Shown one piece after another: positions 1 through 11,626 of a DNA stretch of 64,000 bases. Below the pieces are notes generated by a model. It ran no database searches, was not told where the DNA came from, and worked only from the letters and a program-made list of their open reading frames with translations. Numbering within the stretch: position 1 is the first letter of the stretch; every line of letters begins with the position of its first letter. This DNA is from Octopus sinensis. Lineage: Eukaryota. The stretch spans positions 20,150,001 to 20,214,000 of the forward strand of contig NC_043009.1 in NCBI RefSeq assembly GCF_006345805.1, read 5' to 3'. Both the position numbers and the translations under genes were made by a program.

Positions 1-142
1 GGGAAATGTAAAGATGTGCACGACCACTCTTGGATGGTTTTGAATGACCATAGAAAGTGCAAGCCCTCTAACTGAAAAATTGTGGATTTGTATAAAGGAC
101 ATACGCACAGACAGACATTTTGCCGTTTATATATATAGAGAT
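1..142 (-). mobile_element. Probable Helitron-like non-autonomous element 5' end (truncated by window edge)
   Basis: Minus strand reads A|TCTCTATATATATAAACGGCAAAATGTCTGTCTGTGCG, resembling the TC-(TA)n-TCTGTCTG start of animal non-autonomous Helitrons; no 3' hairpin visible in window. Confidence 0.4.
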
Positions 143-635
143 ATACATACTTGTCACCCACAAACTGTATACACACTTAGAATTATTTTAACTGTCACTA
201 ACTAATTTTTTATGTAATTAATGGCAAAAATAAGCTTTGAGAAAAAGAAATTCTCTGGAATGGTCATAGCCCTGGGAATGTGGGAATCTGACCAAAGTAC
301 AAAGCCAGTTTAGGAAGGAAAATTTGGAAAATTAGTAAGACCCACCATAACTCAGATCAGAGAGAAGCTGGAATCAGAACTGTTTCAGACACCTATAAAG
401 AGCATTCTGGAACATAGGGGCAATTGTCTACAATTGTAGCAGAGCTCTTGTAAAAATCTTTTCAGCAAATATCCCATGAAGTAAGAGACCTAAAATCAAC
501 CATCCAGAACATCTCAAAGAACCCTTATTGGACAGGCTTCATTCTGGCTTTACTTCAGATCCTCAGTGATGAAGGTTTTGAATCCTGAGATTGGTAGGTG
601 GCATAATGTGCAGGGGACACACAGTTTCCAAACTA

Positions 636-735
636 GGCCCAAGTCTTTCTATCATGCAGCATTACACTTCATACACAAGCATCATACAACTTATCATTTA
701 CTCTCAAAGAGCATCCTTTTCTTAGCCACAAAGGT
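636..735 (-). mobile_element. Degenerate RTE LINE RT C-terminal fragment
   Basis: Translates as KGCSLRVNDKLYDACV*SVMLHDRKTW, matching the KGLSLRVKGRLYD..MLHGS(E/K)TW segment of the RTE copies at 34.5 kb and 51.3 kb. Confidence 0.55.
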
Positions 736-2454
736 ACCCCAAGAAACTTTTTCCCCCACTTCATTCTTATTCTGGCAATTATGCTTTTGGTACTGCCACT
801 GTCAATTAACTTGCCTCACTACAAAAAGCTATTCAATATTTCTACAAACATAGTATTCCACATATCAAAACTCTCTTGTGCTTATTTCCAATAAACAAAG
901 TCAAAAGAATGAACTGATTGTTACCAACTGACAAATTTAAGATTTTTCTCCCAGACAACCTTCTCAACAAAAATAAATTGAAATCAAATACAATATCATG
1001 ACCAAGTTTTTTGAACTTGTATAAAAGTTTCTTTTCATATGAATGCAGCTTTAGACACACACACACACAGAGTTTTTCTCTTGCTCATTTATAGAAAACA
1101 GGCATTGTTTATTTCGTTTTGGGATTTGGTTTGCAAGATTCTTTATATGAGTCAAAACTATTGAAAAGGTTGCAAGATGCAATGAAAATTTTAGGAAAAT
1201 AAAAATAAGAAAAAAGTGGAAATTTTACCGGTGAGTGTGTTATATTATAAGGTACAAAAAGAAAATGACTCTCCCCAAACACAACAGGCATTGTTTAGTT
1301 TTACTTCAATTTATCAAGGTTTTTCTTAATATCTTTGTATGAGTCCCGGCAATTTGTTTGGAAGGATAAAATTTCAATAACAGATTTACAGTGTGACAAA
1401 TCATAACTGTTAACATGACAAATCACAAGATGTACTATGACATAGCACATATCTTTAGTATGACATATACAGGCCTGTCATATCAAGTATGACATATCAC
1501 AGTCCTATTATATAACATAGCACTATTTGTATTGGTATCCTGTCATCTCAACTCTGAGATAAAACATCCCAAGATCCAGTCTCGGCATTTCAAACCAACA
1601 GATATTCTATGTGGTTCTTCAATCAGCCAGAAAAAACAACATAATTTCCCTCAAATCACACTATAAAAGAAATAACACAACAATGAACGCAGGCATGTGT
1701 GTGTTTATTCTTTCTACTCCTTCCTCCCTTCTTTCCTTTCATTCTTTTTCCCTTGAGATTTCCTTTCCAAAGCGTAACTTGTCTTCTTTCCTGTTATCTT
1801 TATTCCACTTGCCTCTTTCTTTCTCTTTTCCTCCCCCATACACGTACCATACCTTCACTGTTCTGCTTTGTTATAACCAGAAACAGCATTCATTTTCTAG
1901 GCAGTTCAATTTTTCTCCACTGACCAACAGACCAACTGAGTAAACCTGTCAGTGATGTACCTATAATGACAACTGGAAACAGCTGTAAGCCATATTTGCT
2001 CCAATAAAGGAAAAATACATTATGACCATTATTTACACCGTATCCTCTGTGTGTGTGTGTGTATGTGTGTATGAATTAAAAGAAGGGGTCAAATAGTTGA
2101 GAAGTTTACTTTGCAATCATAAGTTTGGGGGCTGAATCCTATAGTTTGGCATCTTGGGCATCATCTCGGATCTTGTGATGGGAAACTGTGTGAAAATCTG
2201 TGTATCTGTATTCTAAAGGTCCAGCTCTGTTACACTGATTCTGCCAGAGAATTATGTTAAGGATACATGTGTCTGTGGAATACTTGACTACTCTAATTAA
2301 ATGACCAGGTAGTTCAATGGCGCAAACAACTGAATGAATCTCTGTTAAGAGAGTAATTTACTATGACATATATGAGGAAAGATATACTTGGCTGAGGAGT
2401 TCAGAATAATAGCAAAATATATCTAGGGTTGTCCCCCATTCCTGATAATATAAT

Positions 2455-2660
2455 AATCTTTTCTATTATAGAAACAAGGCCCAAAATTTTGGAAAGGGCC
2501 AGTTGATTATATTGACCTCAGTGTTCAACTGGTACTTAATTTATTGACCCCAAGGGGATGACAAGTCAACCTTGACAGAATTTGAACTCAGATCATAAAG
2601 ACAGATAAAATGTTGCCAAGCATTTTGCCCAGCCTGCTAATGATTCTGCCAACTCACCTA
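2455..2660 (-). mobile_element. tRNA-type SINE, family B
   Basis: Reverse complement matches the copy at 29175-29401 (B-box-like GAGTTCAAATT head, GGTCAATAAATTAAGTACCAG body) with a (TAT)n tail. Confidence 0.7.
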
Positions 2661-2679
2661 TTAAAACCTAAATAATAAT

Positions 2680-2885
2680 AATCCTTTCTACAATAGGCAC
2701 AAGGTCAGAAATTGGGGGAGGAGGACAGTCAATTACATCGACCCAATAGGTACTTTTTCCACAGACCCTGAAAGGATGAAAGGCAAAGTTGACCTCAGGG
2801 GAATTTGAGCTCAGAACATAGCAACAGGCAAAATACCACTAAGCATTTTGCCTGATGTGCTAACAATTCTGCCAGCTCACTGCCT
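2680..2885 (-). mobile_element. tRNA-type SINE, family B (second tandem copy)
   Basis: Same family motifs (AGGTCAACTTTGCCTTTCATCC, GAGCTGGCAGAATTGTTAGC) directly adjacent to the previous copy. Confidence 0.7.
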
Positions 2886-3405
2886 TCTTGTAAATTACAT
2901 TCCTTTCCAATAGACAATATGCCAATCCCTTCCAAACTAAACCTCAGTCAATAAATCCTAAATTAAACCCAGATCAATGCATTTGGAATTAAACCTTAAC
3001 AAAATATCTGCTAAGCCATATATCAGTGTTAACTGTGAGACAATATTTTCTTGTCATTTCAAGCATCTCAGTATAAGAAACAACCATTTATCAAGATTGT
3101 GGGGGAAATGGCAGAGTCAGGGATAAAATAAAATGTGAAAACTTGTTAAATAGAAAATATATTTACCTGTCCAATAGCAAGAAATTGAAATGAAGGGAAA
3201 CTGAAACAGAATTAGAAATATTATTTATTTTATTTTATATTTTAAATATAAACTCAATATTAAATATATATGTTTGATGTTAAATCAAATACACATTTAA
3301 TATTAACGATATATTCAACAGCAAACTATAAAAGTACATGGCTTAGTACTTTCAAATGTTAATATTCAGAGTGAACCACAGATGATATTTGTATCTCTTG
3401 TGATG

Positions 3406-3810
3406 TTAACCTTTTGGCATTCAGAAACTAATCAAATTTAATATTTATTGATTCATATTGTTTTGAATTAATCACGCATTGAATTAATCATGTATTTTGA
3501 ATTAATCACGTTTGCTACACTCTCGGAGTGGTTGGTGTTAGGAAGGTCATCCAGCTGTAGAAACTCTGTCAAATCTAGATTGGAGCCTGGTGCAGCCATC
3601 TGGTTCGCCAGCCCTCAGTCAAAATCGTCCAACTCATGCTAGCATGGAAAGCGGATATTAAACGATGATGATGATGATGTCTCAACTTTAAGATTTTGAT
3701 GGGGCTTTGACTAACATTGTCAGATAGGTGTGAAAGACTGGATCTGGCCAGTTTGAACATAAAACAGGTAGAATATTTGGACTGATGTGACTGATTTAAA
3801 TGCTAAAGGG
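3406..3810. mobile_element. Possible piggyBac-like MITE interrupted by an RTE tail
   Basis: Left end TTAACCTTTTGGCATT and right end AATGCTAAAGGG are imperfect inverted ends; TTAA is intact only on the left. Confidence 0.35.
3515..3679 (+). mobile_element. RTE 3' UTR/tail fragment ending in (GAT)n
   Basis: CACTCTCGGAGTGGTTGG..GGAAGG.CATCCAGCTGTAGAAAC..AAACGATGATGATG, the same motif set as the 3' ends of the RT-bearing RTE copies at 35.2 and 52.2 kb. Confidence 0.8.
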
Positions 3811-5100
3811 TACCTGGTCTGGTGAGGAAGTCAGTAGAGACCATAACAGACATTGTTTGATTAGGAGATGCTAAACTCAAGCTAAGAATAGTCAAAGTAT
3901 GAGAAAGATGTTTAGACAGAGTGTATTTCTGGCACTGCCATCCATGAGAATGTTAAAAGGATACCATCTTGGCACTGTTAGTGAGTTCCAGAGTCTCCCT
4001 GACATGTTTTGTGATCATCTCAGCAACAGCAGATGTTTTATCAATGTGATTGTTGAAATTGGTACCAAGAGAGATGTGGTTTAGTTCCAAGTTAGCCCTA
4101 ATTGAGTAACCTTTGATCAAAAGCATCCCAACCACGACCACCTCACTTAATACATTTATGGCAATACTGTCCGCTTGATCCCCTTTTTCAGAAGGAAGGA
4201 TGAGAACTGAATTAAGATTTCGATTCTTTTTCTAAAGAGAAAGAGAAAGAGACAATGTCACAGATACTGGATCTGAAATACAGGAAAACCCAGTTTGGAA
4301 CTGTCAACAGTAATCTCTGGTGGAGTGGCCATGGCTGGACTCAGCATGTTGCTGTTTCAATGTTCCTCTCTATGTAGTTAAAACAATGGTGTGTAACAAA
4401 GCTTCTCAAAGCTTCGGAGGGTGTGGCGAAGTGACTTTTGACAACCTCACTTTAATTAACAGGTGTCATGGGACAGGTAATTTTGTACCCTTCACACCTG
4501 CACCCGAGGGCGACTACCCGACTCTTGGCTACGCTTCTGTATGTGTACACGCTTTGACACCGGAGTGGTGGCTATAAAAAACAAAAAAAAAACAAACAAA
4601 AAAATTCATACCCAACATAATTTGTCTGAAGACATCGTTACAATCCGTTTCTATTTTACAGACACGATTTTATGTTTTTTTAATCATGGTTTATATCAAT
4701 ACCCGAAGAATTATTTTATTACTCTGGGCCAATTGCTGATACAGAACTGCCGTACAAGAATTACATTCCTGGTGTGGTTTTACTGAATTTGACTTCACTT
4801 ACATTGTTTGTAGTTCTGTAAGATACTTGGGTGAGAGTGTGTGATTAGAATGAGCGTGTTGTGACGCTCATGCCTTTCGAAAGATTGCTGTTAATTTACC
4901 AAAGTTTCGTCAGTAAATTATTGTACACAACCCATCACAAAATGAAGCAATATACAATATTTTTTAAAATTTATATAGAGTAGTATTATAGATACGCAAT
5001 GATACACATAATACTTATATATAATGTATACTTTTGTAGGGTATTTAGTTATGTGTGTACATGAATAATATTTTCTATTTACAAAACTTCTAAAGAAACA

Positions 5101-6120
5101 ATAATAATAATAATATGGTTTCTTTATTAACTACAAAAATACGCTTTCCGGGTGAGAAGTGAATTAAGGATTGTGTGTGGGTATGTATAACATATACGTG
5201 TCCGTGTGTGTGTATCAAAGGGAGGTATCTATACATGCTCATTTCGACACATAATGTTTATGTACATCATATATATTCAAATGTATACACACATATGTGT
5301 GTGTGTGTATTGAGTATTTTAACGTGGAATGTGAGAGAGAAATGTAACAAAGTGTGTGTGTCGTGTTGCTATGAAGAGAGAGACATGTCAGATCATACTG
5401 ACAGGGCGGAATATATTGTACAGAACAACAAGAGAGGGAGAAACATCTTAGAGAGACGTGAGGTAAGATTGTAAAGAAAGAGAGACTTACTTGAAGTTGG
5501 TTAATATCATCTTATTAACGACAATAATTAAAAAGGAACTGCATCCATAGAATAAAGCCGATAATATTCGATACCTAACGGGCATTTTCTCTCCTGTACC
5601 TTGGTTCATATTGAAGCTGGGAGAATAAGGGAATCAGAAAAGAAGAAATAAATAAAGTTTGTGATGTGGTTGTGTTGTTGTGCGGAAGTAATTAAAAGAA
5701 ACGAAAATTGCGTGAGTCCAGCTTGCACAACATTATGTGGGCCGGATGTGCTGCAAGTTATTTCCCTTACACTTCACCAAGAATACAAGGCGAAGTCTTT
5801 GAGATTTTGGAAAATCCGAAAGAACCAGGAGGGGATGAAGGGGTTGGTGTGTGGTTGCGGGAGGACAGAAACTAATAATAGAAACGGTGGAATGATATAT
5901 GTCTTGGTGAGAGGAGGAGAGAATTCTTTCTGGCGGGAGCCATCGTCGAAGAGAGAGAAATGTATTGTGGTGTTAAAAGAAATATAAAACGGGATAAGAG
6001 TGAGAGAGGGAGAAAGAAAAAAGAGGGAGAAAGGTAAGAGAATTGCGGGGAGACGAAGAAGAGATAACAGGTTGAATGATCAATGAGGGAAGACTGGCAG
6101 AGCAACACAGTATAGACACA
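5101..6120 (-). mobile_element. Possible non-LTR retroelement 3' portion
   Basis: Minus strand ends with AATAAAGAAACCA followed by a (TAT)n tail at ~5101-5115; no conserved domain recognised. Confidence 0.3.
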
Positions 6121-6737
6121 CACACACAGACTTATAGAATAAGTATTAGGCTTACAAAAAATAAGTCCTGTGGGTCGAGTTCGTCGACTAAAGGCAGTGC
6201 TCCAGCATGGCTGCAGTGAAATGACTAAAACAAGTTAAAGAAGAATGTGTGTGTGTCATCATCGTTGGCCAATATTGAAAGAGCTGGTTTCTAACCTAGA
6301 TTCATTGGAATTTCGACAACATCAACAGGGTATTTTTGTATGTATGTATATGTGCAGATTTGTATGTTTTGTTTTATGTATGTATTCTCGTGCATATAGT
6401 TGAACGTATGTATGTATAAGCAGTACAAATATACCCCAACACCACCAGCCATACTGATCAACATTATATATCACTACCACCACCTTTCCCACCATCAGCA
6501 CACGATTCCCCCTTCCTCCCATACACCTACCCCATCTCCATAGCTTTTGATTTCTGTAGAGATTTTTATGGTTGTGTAGCAGTTTAATTAAAAAGTTTTG
6601 ATTGCAATTACTATTGGCGAGCAACATTATCTGTGACAATAAGAAACAGTTTCTATTGTGTATGCATGCATGTGTTTGTGTATGTGCACGTGTGTGTGCA
6701 TGTGTGTATACATGCATAAGCACACATGCATACATAC

Positions 6738-6774
<37 letters not shown>

Positions 6775-6960
6775 GTTAATCCCAACATGAAAACACAACA
6801 ACGCCAGGACGTGGAACAAGTATAGTATTATTGGACGCTCAGGAAAGAAGGAGGGTTTAATGTTTCGAGCAGAGCTCTTCGTCAGAAACATAGGAAAAGG
6901 AAAGATCCAAAGAAGGGAAGATGGAGGAAAAAAAATCGCCAATGGTACACACACAGTCAC
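6775..6960 (-). mobile_element. Penelope-like pseudo-LTR fragment between (TA)n tracts
   Basis: Flanked on both sides by TA microsatellites and carries a minimal hammerhead-like core, both typical of PLE pLTRs. Confidence 0.55.
6855..6889 (-). ncRNA. Minimal type-I hammerhead ribozyme-like motif (degenerate)
   Basis: Minus strand GUUU-CUGACGA-A-GAGC(UCU)GCUC-GAAA-CAUU-AAAC: stem I GUUU/AAAC, 4-bp stem II closed by G-C; stem III reads CA where palindromic CG is expected. Confidence 0.55.
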
Positions 6961-7304
6961 ATTTTGAATATATATATATATATATATATATATTAAATAA
7001 GGGTAGTTTTAAAAAATCCGAAGATTAAAAATTTTTTTACATACAAAATTTAGAGGATATTCTTATCATTTATTTTTATCTAGTTTCAGCTCACAAGCTG
7101 TGGCCATGCTATTTGTCTTGCTTATTTTTACACTTTGGTTTTTTGGTGAGTTTTCTCTTGAGAACACATTCTTCGTGGAAAATGGCGATTTTGACGTCTA
7201 TATCTCGCGTATAGGCTGTCCACTTTTTGTGGTCAGTTCTCTAAATTTTGTATATATATATATATATATACTCAAAATAAGTAACAAGAATATCTTCGGT
7301 AATT

Positions 7305-7388
7305 TGGTATGATCGTTTCAAGCTACATCATTTTATTAAACATTGTAAGTATTACAACAGTTTCAAAATGTTGAGCAATCATCAGCCA
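7305..7388 (-). ncRNA. Hammerhead-like motif with long stem II (inverted pLTR copy)
   Basis: UGG-CUGAUGA-[59-nt foldback]-GAAA-CGAUCAUA-CCA; inverted copy of 10192-10275. Confidence 0.45.
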
Positions 7389-7447
7389 TTTATAGAGGTT
7401 TTCCATTAATACATATTTTCATATTAATTGATAACATTATAAAGAGG

Positions 7448-8419
7448 GTAGATGTAGGTAGAGAAATCCCCGAATTACAAGGGGGTTTATATAGAGATGA
7501 TGCCTTATTTATTGTACCTAGTAACAATAAATCAGTAATTGAGAGAATATAAAAGAAAATTAGTAGATTTTTCAAAGATTTCAACTTAGGCATTACTTAG
7601 GCATGAATATAACACCAAGATAGTTAATTTTCTAGATGTTACCTTAGACTTAAATTCAAAGTTATATCACCCATTTAGAAAGGAGGGTGAAGTTACCAGA
7701 TACATAAATAAATTATCTAATCAATAGTGAAAAATATTTCTCGGAGAATTTCAAAATTATCATCGAATATTGAAATTTTTGACTCTCACTCGAATCATTA
7801 TAATGTTGCATTATCTAGAGCTGGATACAACCAAGAAATCACTTTCTTGGATCTTGATAACATAAATCTCTTAAACGATGAAGTGTATGTAAACAGCTCA
7901 AGTAATATAGAATCTCGTACTCTAAATAAACAAATCAATGGAAGAAAGGAACCTAGTATATAAACTCAATAATATGAATGAAAATAGTAAACAGATCGCA
8001 AATAAATATGAAAATGATAAAATAAATGTAAATAATAATATAAAAAATCTCTCCCACAAAGAAAAAAAACCTAATAAACATAAATATAAGACTAAAATGA
8101 ATAATGAATCTCGTAAGAATATAGATAACATTAATCTTTCCCACCCTTACTCAAATAAAAAATACAAAAGAAAAAATGTTATATGGTTAAATATCCCCTT
8201 CAACTGAGCGATCTCTACAAATATATATGGTAGATTTGTGTCGATACGAGAAAAAAACTTCCCAGCTTCCCATAAATATTATAAAATAATTTCTAATAAA
8301 TCAGTAAGAATATCATATTCTACTCTTCCAAATATGGCTACCATAATAGCTAGACTTAATAGTAAAAATATAAAGTTAGCTAGGGATAGAATAAATAGTA
8401 ACAACAATAATAATGGTAA

Positions 8420-8450
<31 letters not shown>

Positions 8451-9132
8451 AATAATGATGGTAATAATAATAATAATAACAACATTAATATAAATAGTGA
8501 TAATGACAACATCAATAATATAGGTAATAAAGATAAAGATGTAGTAGGTGAGGGTAGTGTGAATGGATTAATAACTAGTAACCCCAATTTACATAACAAT
8601 ATAACTACTGTTAGAGGAAATAACACTAATACTAATAATAACTCTACTAACGAAAATGAAAATGAATTGTCCATAAATAATACTAGTACCATGAATTATC
8701 CCCCCAGTTGTAATTGTAGGATTAGATCGAAATGTCCGGTATCTGGCCGCTGTTTGGTCCAAAATGTAATTTATAAATGTTCAATAGTGACTTCAAATAA
8801 TAGCTATCTTTATTTCGGTTGTTCGGTGGATTTAAAAAAACATTTAAACAATAATTTTTTCTCCTTTAGGCTTAAACACAAGGCAGGTTGCACAACATTG
8901 TCTAGTAAAATTTGGGAACTGAAAAGAAATAATATAGAATTTAACCTGAAATGGGATATAGTAAGGAAAGCACGGCATTATAAAAAATAGTAGAGATGGT
9001 TGTGAACTTTGTTTTATGGAAACATATGAAATTTTAAAACATAGGAATAATACAAAGTTGTTAAATAACCGTTCTGAACTAGGAGTAGCTTGCATACATT
9101 GCACAACCTGTACGTTTAAATATTTTAAATAA
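7448..9132 (+). pseudogene. Disrupted PLE polyprotein: RT (YRDD) + thumb + GIY-YIG endonuclease
   Basis: Motifs GGLYRDDAL, NFLDVTLDL..YHPFRK, VIWLNIPFN, ISYSTLPN, CNCRIRSKCPVSGRCL..VIYKC..YFG, TTLSSKIWELK..KW, CELC..E..LLNNRSEL..CIH; several TAA/TAG/TGA stops and frameshifts. Confidence 0.9.
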
Positions 9133-10191
9133 TAATATTGTGACCATTCCTAAATTTTTCAAATTCTAATTCTTTATAACTAAATAAGAATGAATATACC
9201 ATAATAGCTTTTATTCAACATGCACAGATTACTAAAAAAAACTTCATTGCATATTTAAAATTAAATTCTCTTTTTTTTTTCTTTCTGATAATCTCCTATA
9301 TTAAATAGTAAAAATTCTATGTCCCTTGATTACCTCACTTCCATTTCTTAATATATCATCGACCCCGGATATTTTTACCTAACTGATTAGTTTTTTCTCC
9401 ACGGGTAGTAAATATTATGTCTAACAGATCCTTTAATTTAATTCTTTAATAACAATTCACCATCTACTAAATCTGAGAAATTTACTCTTCTTGATTACTT
9501 CTCTTCCTAAAAATGAATCACCTTCTACTAAACCTAAGAAAATGACTCATCTTGATTACTCCTCTTCCACTTTTTCTAATATATATCATTGACCCCTAAT
9601 ATATTCACTTAATTAATAAGACTTTTGTCCACAGTTATTGAGTATTATGCCTACTCATAATAAATGATAGATTTTTTCTCCAAAATTAATAAATATTAGA
9701 TTTATAATTCTCTTTTAATCCAACTTATCAAAATAATCAACACCTACTAGCTAAGTATAAAGTTGATGCATATTTGTATATGTTTGTATAAGTGTAAAGG
9801 AATCTCTGTATTTTCTATAACTTTTTAGCATATAGTTGGTCATTGTGACCATTTAGCATTGACCTAGTTTTCTTGATACAAAATCTGTTTGCCAAATAGC
9901 AATAAACAGCATATAAGGCAATATAATCCCCTTTCCACTTTAATTTCTTTAGGAATTACTTCTGACATTTATTTCACCCCTACCTACTTTTTGTCTCCAT
10001 TCAACTGAATATCCCTCCCCACTTTCTAGCAGTTCAAAATAACTTAAAGAATATTCTTCAGTCAGAAGATAAATTCTTTTACCTTAATGTTCTTAAAATT
10101 CAAATCAACATCTCTGTATATATATCTATCCCCTTTATAATGTTATTTAATATGAAAATATGTATATGTATTAATGGAAAACCTCTATAAA

Positions 10192-10275
10192 TGGCTGATG
10201 ATTGCTCAACATTTTAAAACTGTTGTAATATTTACAATGTTTAATAAAATGATGTAGCGTGAAACGCTCGTACCA
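10192..10275 (+). ncRNA. Hammerhead-like motif with long stem II (sense pLTR copy)
   Basis: UGG-CUGAUGA-[59 nt]-GAAA-CGCUCGUA-CCA; the two-copy consensus gives palindromic stem III ACGAUCGU, a GUA cleavage triplet and stem I UGG/CCA; the base of stem II is non-canonical. Confidence 0.5.
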
Positions 10276-10403
10276 AATTACCGAAGATATTCTTGTTGCT
10301 TATTTTGATTATAATCACCCCATGGATTTATATGGATAACACCATACAAAATTCTGGTGCATCTAACTTAAGTACCATATTCATTTGAATCTAAATTTTG
10401 TTG

Positions 10404-10405
<2 letters not shown>

Positions 10406-10453
<48 letters not shown>

Positions 10454-10470
10454 TAGATAGATAGATAGAT
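10406..10470. repeat. (TA)n(TAGA)n microsatellite
   Basis: Direct reading. Confidence 0.95.
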
Positions 10471-11591
10471 ACATGCACAAACATACATACATGTAAACAT
10501 GCATGATAGCCGTGAGTTCATACGAACGACAATTGGTTGCTGCGGTGAACTGCAAAGTGAAGAGGAATTTCAGTTCCAACGGAGGATGATTTGCACCTCT
10601 TTTCCACAACTATCAAATAAAATGTCTCTTCTCAGTTAAATGCAATACAGAATCACAATATGCTATTGTAGACAGGCTTTTTTTATTATTTTTTGATTGC
10701 CAGAGGAGAGACAAATTTACCGCAAAAACTAGCAGAAAAAGACAAGCAGCATCCTAGTTGCAGCTATGTAAAAATGAGTAGAAACTGCAGTGAAGCCGGA
10801 TTAATATTGGAGCAAATATTGAAAATAATTCTGGAGAGAATATGATAAAGTCTGCTGAAGCAGAATTTGAACTCAGAACAAAGAGAGACCAGACTAAACA
10901 CTTTCTTTTTCTCTATTTTTTTAATGTTAGTCAAGGGTTGGGGTGTGAGGGATAGTACCACTAATCTCTCCAATGGTTTCCTAATTAGTGAATTAATGTT
11001 GTAGAATCTACGTGTCAATAAATACCGAAGGGAACAAAAGAGTTGCAACAGATTGAATTCTGCTAAAAAAGTTGAATATATTCTTGGTTGCACATGATAT
11101 CAATCACCTAAATGTTTGCTTCCACATACAACTTCTTCCCATAGAACTTCTCAAAACTTCTAACTCCATGAAGAGGTGACATTCATGCCTCTCTTAACAG
11201 TCATATGAGATGTCACACCTACACACAACCACCTTCCTCTTCCTTATTACTTTCCATCAAATCGAATGCTGCCATTTTTCTTCTTTATTTGTGGATCCTT
11301 TCATCACTGTACATTACAGGTGGGGCATGGTTGGAGAGTCCAGGCTTTACTCTACACAGATATGTCTCTTTAATTAACGACTTCTGATAATGCATCAACA
11401 GATGTTGAATAATGATGATGATATCTTCAGTCACTTCTCCCCACCACCACCTCCACCACCAGTGAGACTGCACCAAGTGAATGACTGGTAGGCATGTCTT
11501 CTACTCTTGAAGGGTTGAATGGGTTCCTTTTTTTAAGGTGGACTTTAGCTGGACTTTGAGCCATTTCTTTGGTTCACCTGCAAGACATTGG

Positions 11592-11626
<35 letters not shown>

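Larger units (their letters stand above)
7271..10310 (+). mobile_element. Penelope-like retroelement (EN+), 5'-truncated, with inverted pseudo-LTRs
   Basis: RT and GIY-YIG remnants; 7271-~7455 is the reverse complement of ~10120-10310; left end abuts (TA)n. Confidence 0.9.

Noticed and set aside
4850-4920. CTGACGAAAC with flanking AATTTA/TAAATT on the minus strand, next to a small hairpin
   Set aside because: No stem II between the core halves; cannot be called a hammerhead.
6322-6960. 212-aa minus-strand ORF
   Set aside because: Runs through TA/TG/CATA microsatellites and a pLTR fragment; composition reflects the repeats.
8279-8692. Poly-Leu minus-strand ORF
   Set aside because: Antisense shadow of the PLE (AAT)n linker.
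7448-9132. Selenoprotein (Naiad-type) PLE recoding of in-frame stops
   Set aside because: The endonuclease is C-terminal rather than N-terminal, and the stops include TAA and TAG plus frameshifts, so this is ordinary decay.
11390-11590. Possible minus-strand exon (MAQSPAKVHLKKRNPF..)
   Set aside because: Short, no homology recognised, no compatible partner exon found.
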